From: an uncultured Gammaproteobacteria bacterium
GTDB lineage: Bacteria; Pseudomonadota; Gammaproteobacteria; DRLM01
Assembly (NCBI GenBank): GCA_963729605.1
Contig: CAVSNY010000004.1
Span: 256,001-320,000 of the forward strand
Direction: 5' to 3'
DNA length: 64,000 nt
In this document: positions 32,188 to 41,499 of the stretch, one piece after another
How the letters are laid out: each line of letters begins with the position of its first letter
How positions within the stretch are numbered: the first letter of the stretch is position 1
The notes under the pieces: model-generated
What the model saw: only the letters and a program-made list of their open reading frames with translations
What the model was told of the DNA's origin: nothing
The model's database searches: none
Position numbers and translations under genes: made by a program

Positions 32188-32571
32188 ATGAGGCGCAGTA
32201 TTCTCGATGAAAACCACCTTCATCCCGCGATTCGCGAGGTGATCGCCGCTTACCAGCTCGACCTGATCCGCGAAGTTCAGGCCGCGATCGCCGCGCACGA
32301 TATCGTCATAATCGGCATGAGGCAAAATCCCTTCCCGCGCAAGGCGAGAAAGACGCTGGACGCGCGCGATATCGCTTACCGGTATCTGGAATACGGCAGT
32401 TATCTCAGCCAATGGCGCCGCCGTTTGGCGCTCAAATTGTGGACGGGCTGGCCCACCTTTCCGATGATCTTCGTAAAAGGCGTGCTGGTGGGCGGAGCCG
32501 ACGAACTGGCGCGCTTGCTCGACACCGGTGAGTTGGCAAGGATGCTGGCGGCGGCCCGGCCGGACGGGTGA
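32188..32571 (+). CDS. Glutaredoxin-like protein lacking cysteine
   Basis: WTGWPTFPMIFVKGVLVGG monothiol-Grx signature; active-site position reads QNPFP. Confidence 0.82.
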   Translation: MRRSILDENHLHPAIREVIAAYQLDLIREVQAAIAAHDIVIIGMRQNPFPRKARKTLDARDIAYRYLEYGSYLSQWRRRLALKLWTGWPTFPMIFVKGVLVGGADELARLLDTGELARMLAAARPDG

Positions 32572-32611
32572 AGAAGCAGGCCGCATGCGCTGGGTACATT
32601 CATCCGCTGGT

Positions 32612-33340
32612 TTATAGATAGATCATCTTCCGCGTCATACCGCCGTCGACGATCAATTCCGTGCCCGTGATGAATCCGGCGTTTTCCGAGATCAACCAGG
32701 TTATGGCGGCGGCGACGTCGTCGGCCCGTCCGACGCGACCGACCGGATGCTGGGCGTGATCCGTTTCGGACAAGGTTTCGCCCGAAGTATCGATCCAGCC
32801 GGGCGAGATGCAATTGACGCGGACGTCGGGACCGAGGCTGATCGCCAAGGAATGAGTGAGGGCCAACAGGCCGCCTTTGGAGGCGGAGTAGGCGTGGGTG
32901 TCCGGTTCGGACATGTGCGCGCGGGTGGAGGCGATCAACACCATCGCGCCTTGCGCCTCGCGCAGGGCGTCTTCCGCGTATTTGGCGAGCAGAAAGGCGG
33001 CGGTCAGATTGGTGGCGAGCACCATGTTCCAATCGCCGAGCGTGGTGTCCTTTAAACTGCCGAAACGGCCGACGCCGGCATTGGAAACCACCGCGTCCAA
33101 GCGGCCGTGGCTGCGCAAGGTGGCTTCGATCAGCAACTCGATGTCCGCCGCGATGCTGACGTCCACTTCCGCGGCGTGACCGCGGCTGCGTGCCGCGACC
33201 CGGTCCGCGGCGGCCTTGTCCTTGTCCGCCGCGATCGTCCGCCAGCCGTCAGCCGCCAAGCGTTGAACCGTGGCGGAACCGATACCGTGACCCGCGCCGG
33301 TGACAATGGCTACCGGTTGAGATTTTCTATTCTGGGGCAT
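32612..33340 (-). CDS. Short-chain dehydrogenase/reductase
   Basis: TGAGHGIG, SNAG, ASTRA, YSASKGG, NCISPGWI. Confidence 0.93.
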   Translation of the reverse strand: MPQNRKSQPVAIVTGAGHGIGSATVQRLAADGWRTIAADKDKAAADRVAARSRGHAAEVDVSIAADIELLIEATLRSHGRLDAVVSNAGVGRFGSLKDTTLGDWNMVLATNLTAAFLLAKYAEDALREAQGAMVLIASTRAHMSEPDTHAYSASKGGLLALTHSLAISLGPDVRVNCISPGWIDTSGETLSETDHAQHPVGRVGRADDVAAAITWLISENAGFITGTELIVDGGMTRKMIYL

Positions 33341-33897
33341 ATGGACCTCCCGCTATCCTTGCGATGCTGTATTTCTTCAGCGATGAATGGGGCGCCATCC
33401 TCGGCTCAAAGAGCGACTGCTGGTCAGCGTGCGGCGACTCACGGTGACGATGTCGCACTACTTCGGGCGGAATTGCCCGGCGATGCGGGCCGCTTCAAAT
33501 CCGTCCCATGAGTGGTAACAATATACTCATGCCCGCGGGCCGTGTCCCGTTGTCGTCCACCACCAGAATAAACAGCGAACGGGTCGTGGTGGTGACGTTC
33601 GCGCTTTGGTGAGGAGAAGTTCTCGCGACGGAGTCATCGCCGCGGACGGACGCACGATGAATTCACTGCCTTTGAAAGGCAAATTGGCATAAATAATAGG
33701 CCTGGTCAAGAAAGCGCTATGACGCATTGAGTGGTCTCTACAACGATGGGTCCGCCGGCCATGAGCGTCCATTCCAAGCGCGCTATAGGCTGTGCCGTGA
33801 GTAGGTTGACAAGCGCGCCATGGTAAATCATGCCGATTCGATTAAACGCGATGCGCGTTACGGCCGTCGAATACGGCAGGCCGGCCAGGTAGATGCT

Positions 33898-34545
33898 TTA
33901 AGCCAGTAATACGGCGACGATGCCGGTGATGAAAATCCCGTCGAAGGTGCCGGCGCCGCCGATGGAGGCGATGGGCGCGCCCATTTTGCGGATGTCGCGC
34001 AGCCGCAGTAAATCCGCGCCGATGAGCACACCCAGCGTGCCGCAGATGTAGGCCAGTGGCGCGCTTTGGTCGGGGTTGATGCCGAGCGCGGTGACCGCTG
34101 CGGCGAGCGGGCCGACGAAGATGGGCATGGCGATGCCCACGCCCGGCACCGGCCGGCTGGTGAGGCGGCTGATCAGCGCGACGATGAGCGTGGCGACGAT
34201 CACGTCCGGTATCGGCAAGGGGTGATGATAAATCAGATAGTAGGAGAAAATGACCGGGATCAGGCAGCCGCCGGCGTTGATGGCGATATGGGTCGTGCCG
34301 TTAAAACGCTGTAGATTGCGTTCGACCAACTCGCGCAGATGCGCGGGGATGCTGTCGGCGGATGGCCGTTCGGCGCTGACCTTCATGAACGGTAAATTGA
34401 TGGCGCTGCCGATCAGCGAGGAGAACAGCAACAAAAAGGCCGATTGCGCCGAGAGCCCGAGTTTTTCAAAGGCCACGGTGAGCGCGCCGACTTGAATGAA
34501 GGCCAGCAGCAAGCCCAGCGCGATGGCGAACAAGATCATTTGCAT
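33898..34545 (-). CDS. DUF1614 membrane protein
   Basis: GSAINLP, AINAGGCLIP, GVLIGADL, SIGGAGTFDGIF. Confidence 0.85.
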   Translation of the reverse strand: MQMILFAIALGLLLAFIQVGALTVAFEKLGLSAQSAFLLLFSSLIGSAINLPFMKVSAERPSADSIPAHLRELVERNLQRFNGTTHIAINAGGCLIPVIFSYYLIYHHPLPIPDVIVATLIVALISRLTSRPVPGVGIAMPIFVGPLAAAVTALGINPDQSAPLAYICGTLGVLIGADLLRLRDIRKMGAPIASIGGAGTFDGIFITGIVAVLLA

Positions 34546-34569
34546 GGGATTGGCCGGCAGGCGGCGGGC

Positions 34570-35448
34570 TTAATCGGCGAGCGCCGCGGCGAGCAGGGGC
34601 GCGAGTGCGAACGCGTTGCTGGCGTGGGACACGCTGTCGCTGCTCCAAATCTGTTGTACGCCCGCCGCGCGCAATACCGCCACGGCGTCGCCGACGAACA
34701 AAGGGTGGGTGACGCAGCAGTGCACCGCCGTCGCGCCGGCCTGGTACAACAGCGCGGCGGTGGTGGCGAGGGTGCGGCCGGTGCTGGCCATGTCGTCCAC
34801 GATCACCGCCGTGCGGCCGCGCAGCTCGCCCGGCGGCAGGGCGATGTCCACCTCGTGATCCGAGCGCCGCTGTTTTTCCGCGATGAGGAAATCGAGCCCG
34901 GCATGGGCGGCGATGCGCGTCACCCATTGCCGCGATTCGCTGTCGGGCCCCACCAGCAGCGGCGCGCCCAGCCGTGCCTTCAATAAGTCGCCGATCAGAT
35001 CGCCCGCGCTGAGGGTGATCGCCCGCGCCGCGGGCATCACCTCGCGTAATTCGTCGATGCGGTGCAGATGCGGATCGACGGTGATCACCGTATCGAACAA
35101 ACGGCCCAGCCACGGCGCGATGATGCGCTGGCTCACCGCCTCGCCGGGCTCGAAGGCGATGTCCTGGCGCATGTAACAAAGATACGGCGCCACCAGGGTG
35201 AGATGCCTGACGCCGGCGGCGCGCGCGGTCTCCGCCGTCAACAGCAGTTCGATGAGTTTGTCGTTGGGATGATCCAGGCTGCGGCAGACGATCACCCGTT
35301 CCGGCAACACCGCCGGCAGGCGCAATTTGCTTTCACCGTCGGGAAAGCGATGCAGGACGACGATTTCGCAAGGCAGGTTCAGATGTTCGGCCAGCCGTTG
35401 GGCGGCTTCGGCATAGTCGGGAAATCCCAGCAGCAAGGTTTTTGGCAT
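34570..35448 (-). CDS. prs: Ribose-phosphate pyrophosphokinase (deoA-associated type)
   Basis: RFPDGES, PYLCYMRQD, VDPHLHR, GPD, IVDDMASTGRT. Confidence 0.9.
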   Translation of the reverse strand: MPKTLLLGFPDYAEAAQRLAEHLNLPCEIVVLHRFPDGESKLRLPAVLPERVIVCRSLDHPNDKLIELLLTAETARAAGVRHLTLVAPYLCYMRQDIAFEPGEAVSQRIIAPWLGRLFDTVITVDPHLHRIDELREVMPAARAITLSAGDLIGDLLKARLGAPLLVGPDSESRQWVTRIAAHAGLDFLIAEKQRRSDHEVDIALPPGELRGRTAVIVDDMASTGRTLATTAALLYQAGATAVHCCVTHPLFVGDAVAVLRAAGVQQIWSSDSVSHASNAFALAPLLAAALAD

Positions 35449-35480
35449 GGTGACTCGTCGCGCTCCGTATTTAATTTTAA

Positions 35481-35631
35481 GAAAGCTCTGAATAATTCCA
35501 TCCTGGAATTCTCAGGGCGCGGAAAGCGAAAAATGTCATTTTCGCTTTCCATCATTTTGAATGGCTGACCGCCATTGAAAATGGCGGCACACCCGGGTGC
35601 CGCAGGGGCCTCTGAATGAATCAGAGGTTCC
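35481..35631. mobile_element. MITE-like element of about 150 bp
   Basis: Terminal inverted repeats GAAAGCTCTGAATAATTC and GAATGAATCAGAGGTTCC (14/18 match), internal hairpins, no ORF; one end repeated at 11502. Confidence 0.7.
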
Positions 35632-35775
35632 TCAATTTTTCCGACCGCACGGGGAATGAATCCCCTGACCATGGCCCAGTTAACGGCCCGCCGGGAAATA
35701 ATCCATAGTCATGATGATCACCCGCGCTGAATATTCGCGAAGTCGATTTTGAGAGGGGCTCGTCGCCCGCTTCAT

Positions 35776-37335
35776 TTAAAACTCCACATACAATTTCGGC
35801 ACCTGATCCGCCGTGCCGATGCGGTAGCCGCTGCCGTGTTCGGCGTTGAAGGCGCGGGCGAATTTGAAGTCGGCGTTGAATTCGGCATGGACCCGATAAA
35901 GCGGTTCGCCGCGTTCCACCGCGTCGCCCAATTTTTTCAGCAGGTCCACTCCCGCGCCCTTGTCCATGGGCGCGCCGGCCATGCGCGCGACGCGCGCCAG
36001 CAGGAAGTTGTCGATGGCGGTGACCACGCCGGCGCGTTCGGCGCTGACTTCATAGGTGATGGCGCCCGCTTGCAATACCTGATCGCGCCGGCCCTGGGCG
36101 TCGATGAGGGCGTTCATCTTGGCCAGGGCGCGGCCCGAGTCGAGGATGTCGCGGGCGATGGCGAAACCTTCGCCGCCGCGTACGTCGGGGTCGAATTCCA
36201 GCACCCTTCCGGCGAGACGCAGGGCTTTTTGCCGCAGATCCGCCGGCGCCTGCGGATGGTTTTCCAATACTTGCATGACATCGCGGGCCTCCAGCACCGG
36301 GCCGATGCCGCGGCCGATCGGTTGACGGCCGTCGGTGATGATCACTTGGAGATGCACCCCCAGCCGATCGCCGACGTATTCGAAGAGTTTGCGCAATTGC
36401 AAGCCGTCGCGCATGTGGCGCACCTTGGCGGTGGGGCCGACGGGGATGTCGATGAGCAAGTGGGTGGAACCGGCGGCGAGTTTTTTGGCGAGGATGGAGG
36501 CCACCAGTTGTCCCGGTGCATCGATGCCGAGCGGCCGTTCCACCGAGATCAGCACATCGTCCACCGGGGCGAGGCGGGCGGTGCCGCCCCAGGCGAGGCA
36601 GCCGCGGTGATGACGCACGATGTTGTGCAACGCCTCGGGGGTGAGATTCACCTCGGCCAGCACTTCCATGGTGTCGGCGGTGCCGGCGGGGGAGGTGATG
36701 GCGCGGCTCGATGTTTTGGGAATCAGCATGCCGTGGGCGGCGACGATGGGTACCACCAGCATGGAAGTGCGGTTGCCGGGGATGCCGCCGATGCAATGTT
36801 TGTCCGCCACCAGCGGCTCCTGCCAGTCCAGCCGGTCGCCGGATTCCACCATCGCCTGGGTGAGGTGCAACACCTCGTCGCGGTCGAGGCCGGCTTGCGC
36901 CGCGGCCACCAGAAAGGCCGCCATCTCCATTTTTGAATAACGGTGGTCGGTGATCTCGAAGGCGATGGCGCGGAAGTCCTCCGGGGAGAGACGCTCGCCG
37001 AGTATCTTGCGCCGCACCGCGTCCATGGAACGGGGCGGTTCGGCATGATCAATCCTGATGGGCGCGCCTTGCGGCAGGCCAAGCTGGGCGAAGGCTTGTT
37101 CCGAGAGGCCCAGCTCGCGTTCGGTGACGATGGCGCTGTCGTCCACCACGTTCAGCACCGCGAGGATGCGGGTGCCGTTGGCGCAGACTTCCACTTTGGA
37201 AAGCGCTTGAAAACCTTCGGCGCGATATACCGCGCAGTCGCGGTGCAAGTAGGCGACGTTCTCGCGATAGGTGTCGATCGCTATGCGGCGCAGCGTCAGC
37301 GGTTCACCGGGGGGGAGGGCGTTGGACTTGTCCAT
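35776..37335 (-). CDS. deoA: Thymidine/AMP phosphorylase family protein
   Basis: [55 protein letters not shown]; N-terminal extension of the AMP-phosphorylase-like type. Confidence 0.9.
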   Translation of the reverse strand: MDKSNALPPGEPLTLRRIAIDTYRENVAYLHRDCAVYRAEGFQALSKVEVCANGTRILAVLNVVDDSAIVTERELGLSEQAFAQLGLPQGAPIRIDHAEPPRSMDAVRRKILGERLSPEDFRAIAFEITDHRYSKMEMAAFLVAAAQAGLDRDEVLHLTQAMVESGDRLDWQEPLVADKHCIGGIPGNRTSMLVVPIVAAHGMLIPKTSSRAITSPAGTADTMEVLAEVNLTPEALHNIVRHHRGCLAWGGTARLAPVDDVLISVERPLGIDAPGQLVASILAKKLAAGSTHLLIDIPVGPTAKVRHMRDGLQLRKLFEYVGDRLGVHLQVIITDGRQPIGRGIGPVLEARDVMQVLENHPQAPADLRQKALRLAGRVLEFDPDVRGGEGFAIARDILDSGRALAKMNALIDAQGRRDQVLQAGAITYEVSAERAGVVTAIDNFLLARVARMAGAPMDKGAGVDLLKKLGDAVERGEPLYRVHAEFNADFKFARAFNAEHGSGYRIGTADQVPKLYVEF

Positions 37336-37474
37336 GAATCTACGTTAACACAGCCCGGGCCGCGTTGGCGTGCCGCGCGCATCCCACGCTTGAGCGCGTC
37401 GTCGATACGGTTGAACGGTTTTTTGGCGGGGATGCAGCGAACCGATCGCGTTTCGCACCGGCATCGGGCCGCGC

Positions 37475-37502
37475 AAAAAAGGGCGGCCTGCAGGCCGTCC
37501 TT
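37475..37502 (-). terminator. Intrinsic terminator
   Basis: Minus strand AAGGACGGCC-TGCA-GGCCGCCCTT followed by a T-run. Confidence 0.7.
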
Positions 37503-37537
37503 CATAAACGCATTTTGTTACGGTTGAGTGTTTTTTC

Positions 37538-37753
37538 TCAGGCCGCGCGGAAGGCCGTCAGATATAGCGGCCCGCCTTCCAGCGGTTCGGCCCCGTGTGC
37601 ATCTTCCACGATGACGCCGGAGTTCTCTTCGTTCTGGGCGAGGAAGGCCGGCGCGCCGGGCAAGAAACGGTTGCGGTCGGACTCGACGATTTGCACCGCC
37701 GCCAGCGGATCGGCCGGATCGAGCCTCCAGGTCTTGGTGATCTGGGCGCTAAT
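37538..37753 (-). pseudogene. Start-less 3' gene remnant, possibly the C-terminus of a PhoX-like secreted protein
   Basis: Translates ISAQITKTWRLDP...DRNRFLPGAPAFLAQNEENSGVI...LEGGPLYL...stop with coding-like codon use and a terminator downstream; no in-frame start. Confidence 0.4.
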
Positions 37754-37864
37754 GGAGAAAGATGAAGAGGCGGCGGCGCCCCGACGGCAGTAATGCGATG
37801 TGATGCACGGTGTGGATGGAGTTCGCCGTCGCGGGTGCGTCGGTTGTCTACCGCGATGGTGTAC

Positions 37865-38425
37865 TCAAAGCGGCGGGACGTCCTCGTAAATGACGGCGAG
37901 CGGCACGGCGATGTCGAGACATTGCAGGGCGACGGTGCCTTCGCTGACGATCTGCCGGTGCCAGTTGTCTTCGCGTAAATGGATTTCCGCTTCCATCTTG
38001 TCCTGCGAGAGCAGCAGGTATTGACGCAGACTGGGAATGCTGGTGTAGGCCAGCAGTTTTTCGCGGCGGTCGATGCGGGCGGTGGCCTCGGACAAGACCT
38101 CCACGATCAGACAGGGATGGCTGCGGTAATAAGGCGCGCGATCCGCCGGGTCGCAGCAAAGCAGCAGGTCGGGATAATAAAAGGCATCCTGTCCGGCCAC
38201 GTTCAAACGCACTTTCATATCGGCCATGAACAATTGACAGGCGGTGCCGCGCACGTGAGGGCGCAGGGCCGTCGCGAGATTGACGGAGATGAGATTGTGC
38301 CGGTCGCCGGTGCCCACCATGGCGTGGACCCTGCCGCCGAGATATTCGTGACGCACCTCGCTCACGAGTTCGTCTTGCAGGTATTCGTCGATGAGGATTA
38401 GCTGTGCCGGCGCTCGGGTTTCCAT
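37865..38425 (-). CDS. Uma2 family (DUF820) PD-(D/E)xK endonuclease-like protein
   Basis: RHEYLGG, YYPD, LIVEVLS, DRREKLLAY. Confidence 0.9.
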   Translation of the reverse strand: METRAPAQLILIDEYLQDELVSEVRHEYLGGRVHAMVGTGDRHNLISVNLATALRPHVRGTACQLFMADMKVRLNVAGQDAFYYPDLLLCCDPADRAPYYRSHPCLIVEVLSEATARIDRREKLLAYTSIPSLRQYLLLSQDKMEAEIHLREDNWHRQIVSEGTVALQCLDIAVPLAVIYEDVPPL

Positions 38426-38490
38426 GGGACGGCCTCTGTTTTCAGCGCTAACTACACCTTAGCGCGGACCTTGCCCCGCGGGCAAGCGGC

Positions 38491-40299
38491 TCATTCCATA
38501 ACGGCGGCCGGCGGTGCCGATTTGCGGCGCTCTTCCTGCTGCAAGGCCCACATGTGGGCGTAAGTGCCGCCGCCGGCGAGCAGGGCTTGATGGGTGCCGC
38601 GCTCGATGATGCGGCCCTGGTCCATCACCAGGATTTGATCGGCATCGACGATGGTGGAGAGGCGATGGGCGATCACCAGCGTGGTGTGGTCGGTGGCGAC
38701 GCTGCGCAGTTCGGCGAGGATGGCCTGTTCCGATTTGGAGTCCAGCGCCGAGGTGGCTTCGTCGAAGATGAGGATGCGCGGGTTTTTGAGGATCACCCGC
38801 GCGATGGCGATACGTTGTTTTTCGCCGCCGGAGAGTTTGAGGCCGCGCTCGCCCACCATCGCTTCGTAGCCTTCCGGCAAGGATTCGATGAAGTCGTGGA
38901 TGTGGGCCATCTTGGCGGCGCGAATGACTTCCTCGCGCGGCGCGTCGGGGCGGGCGTATTGGATGTTGTAGTAGATGGTGTCGTTGAACAGCACGGTGTC
39001 CTGCGGCACGATGCCGATGGCGGCGCGCAGGCTTTTTTGAGTCACGGCGCGGATGTCCTGGCCGTTGATCAGGATGCGGCCGCCGCCCACGTCGTAGAAG
39101 CGGAACAGCAACCGCGCCAGGGTGGATTTGCCCGAGCCGCTGTGGCCGACCACCGCGACTTTGTGGCCGGCGGGCACGTCGAAATCCATGTCGAAGAGGA
39201 TTTGGCGGTTGGGATTGTAGCTGAACGCGACGTGTTCGAAGCGCAAGGCGCCGTCGCCGACGACCAGGTCGCGGGCGTCGGCCTGGTCGCGCACTTCCAG
39301 ATTTTGATCGAGCAGGCTGAACATCTTTTCCATGTCGGCCAGCGAGTGTTTGATCTCGCGGTAGACGAAGCCGAGGAAGTTCATGGGAATGAACAGCTGC
39401 AATAAATAGGCGTTGATCAGCACCAGGTCGCCCATGGTGAGACTGCCGTCCACCACGCCGTCGGCGGCGAGGAACATCAGCCAGGTGATGCCGACGGCGA
39501 TGATCGCGCCCTGGCCGAAGTTGAGGAAGGACAGCGAGGTTTGATTGCGCACCGCGGCCTGTTCCCACACCGCGAGGTTTTCGTCGTAACGCCGCGCCTC
39601 GAACTCTTCGTTGCCGAAATATTTCACCGTTTCGTAGTTGAGCAGGCTGTCGATGGCGCGGGTGTTGGCCTTGGAATCCATGTCGTTCATCTGGCGGCGG
39701 AACTTCATGCGCCATTCGGTGATGATGAGGGTGAAGGCGATGTAGAGCGCCACGGTGACGAAGGTAATGATGGCGAACGAGGCCTGATAATTGATGAACA
39801 GGATCAAGGCCACCAGCGCGATCTCGACCAGGGTGGGAATGACATTGAACAACATGAAAGTGAGTAGAAAGCTGATGCCGCGGGTGCCGCGCTCGATGTC
39901 GCGCGAGACGCCGCCAGTCTGGCGCTCCAGATGAAATTTGAGGGCGAGGTTGTGCAGATGGCGGAACACCTGCAGGGCGACCCGGCGGATGGCGCGCTGA
40001 GTGACCTTGGCGAAGATGGCGTCGCGCAGTTCGCTGAAGGCGGCGTTGGCCAGCCGCATGGCGCCGTAGCCGATGAGAAAGGCGACGGGCAAGACCAGCA
40101 GCGGATTGCGGGCCGCGTCCAGATTGTCGACGATGCCCTTGAGCATGAGGGGGATGGAGACGGTGGCGACCTTGGCCAGCACCAGGCAACCCATGGCCCA
40201 CATCACGCGGGTGCGGTATTCCCAGAGGTAGGGTAGGAGGGTGCGGATGGACCGCCAGTCGTGGCGACCGGTTGGGGTCGGGGTACTCGAGGGACGCAT
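38491..40299 (-). CDS. Atm1/ABCB7-type ABC exporter
   Basis: FHLERQTGG, DSLLNYETVKYF, GHSGSGKST, VPQDTVLFNDT, LSGGEKQR, FDEATSALD. Confidence 0.93.
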   Translation of the reverse strand: MRPSSTPTPTGRHDWRSIRTLLPYLWEYRTRVMWAMGCLVLAKVATVSIPLMLKGIVDNLDAARNPLLVLPVAFLIGYGAMRLANAAFSELRDAIFAKVTQRAIRRVALQVFRHLHNLALKFHLERQTGGVSRDIERGTRGISFLLTFMLFNVIPTLVEIALVALILFINYQASFAIITFVTVALYIAFTLIITEWRMKFRRQMNDMDSKANTRAIDSLLNYETVKYFGNEEFEARRYDENLAVWEQAAVRNQTSLSFLNFGQGAIIAVGITWLMFLAADGVVDGSLTMGDLVLINAYLLQLFIPMNFLGFVYREIKHSLADMEKMFSLLDQNLEVRDQADARDLVVGDGALRFEHVAFSYNPNRQILFDMDFDVPAGHKVAVVGHSGSGKSTLARLLFRFYDVGGGRILINGQDIRAVTQKSLRAAIGIVPQDTVLFNDTIYYNIQYARPDAPREEVIRAAKMAHIHDFIESLPEGYEAMVGERGLKLSGGEKQRIAIARVILKNPRILIFDEATSALDSKSEQAILAELRSVATDHTTLVIAHRLSTIVDADQILVMDQGRIIERGTHQALLAGGGTYAHMWALQQEERRKSAPPAAVME

Positions 40300-40512
40300 G
40301 CCCGCAGTGTACTCGTAACAAGATGCTTGGTGGAAACCCTCGGCGGGCTATAATTGGCCGCCCTTGAAAAAGGGGATGGTTAACGCCATTCAGCCGGATT
40401 GAATGGCGGCCGCGATGGCCGGTGCCGGGACTTGAGTATGCAGGGGTGGTCGGGGTCGATCGGCCAGCCGCGGGTAAGGCCGGCATGAGTCGCCGGATGG
40501 ATACCGCCTTGT

Positions 40513-40546
40513 AAAAAAGTGGAGTTGCCGTGGCAACCCCACTTTT
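40513..40546 (-). terminator. Intrinsic terminator (possibly bidirectional)
   Basis: AAAAGTGGAGTTGCC-GT-GGCAACCCCACTTTT hairpin with T-runs. Confidence 0.7.
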
Positions 40547-40614
40547 GGATCGCGTGTTAGAGGGTCAGTCTCTGCTTTATGCCTGGTTCACATAAGAACC
40601 AAGCGAGCAGCTGG

Positions 40615-40719
40615 TTATAAAGTGATTGCGTTGAATACGAACCCTAGGAACACAAAGATGGCGATGAGTCCTACGCAGATGGGCCAGTCGTCTTGGGAAA
40701 CGAGTCTTTCAGTCGTCAT
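40615..40719 (-). CDS. Small membrane peptide (34 aa)
   Basis: AGGGG RBS; MTTERLVSQDDWPICVGLIAIFVFLGFVFNAITL; terminator downstream. Confidence 0.55.
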   Translation of the reverse strand: MTTERLVSQDDWPICVGLIAIFVFLGFVFNAITL

Positions 40720-40933
40720 GGTAATCCCCTATTTAATAGTGAAGAATCGATGGGATTGTTGAGTAAATTCCCAGGCATTAAGTATGTATAACAGGCGCTA
40801 CGGCATTAACAGTAGTATCGCTAAGTTAATTATGCAAGTACGATTTTTCAAAAAATAGTTAATTAAATTAGTAGGATAATTTTAGTTCGGATGTCATGCG
40901 GAGTGCCAAAAATGGAAAAACCGGAGATTTATC

Positions 40934-41197
40934 ATGCCTATATATGAGTACGAGTGCGCGGCCTGCCATCATCGTTTGGAAACCATGCAAAAGATGAGTG
41001 AGGCGCCGCTGACAGAATGTCCTCAGTGTCATGAGCCCACGTTGCGCAAATTGGTTTCGGCCGCCGGTTTTCAGCTCAAGGGCAATGGTTGGTACGCTAC
41101 CGACTTCAAGGGCGGCGGCAAAAAACCCGCCGCCGCGGAGACCGCGTCGGATGCGACGGCGAAGCCCACGCCCGTTCCTCCCTCTTCGGCCGAATGA
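40934..41197 (+). CDS. FmdB family zinc-ribbon protein
   Basis: MPIYEYECAAC...CPQC...GFQLKGNGWYATDF; upstream of aspS. Confidence 0.92.
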   Translation: MPIYEYECAACHHRLETMQKMSEAPLTECPQCHEPTLRKLVSAAGFQLKGNGWYATDFKGGGKKPAAAETASDATAKPTPVPPSSAE

Positions 41198-41499
41198 GGT
41201 CTTGGGCGGCTTCCTGAACAGGTGCCGGGTTTTCACATTCCGGGTTTGGGGCGCTGCTGTTGGTCTTGGTGATTCCGTGATTCCGGCCAGGGGCGTAATC
41301 ATGGCGCGCTTCTTCGATCAGCGAGCTTCACGGCCTGGGTTTTGAATCGTATTTCCTTGGGGTGATCGTGCCCGAATGGCGACGGCGATCCCCTTCGCCG
41401 TCGCGGCCGCCGTTGCGGAAATTCCGCTCAAAAAGTAACATTGGCCCCCTTCGCGGCGGCAAAATCGCGGCCTTCTAAAATAATCGGGAACACATATCG

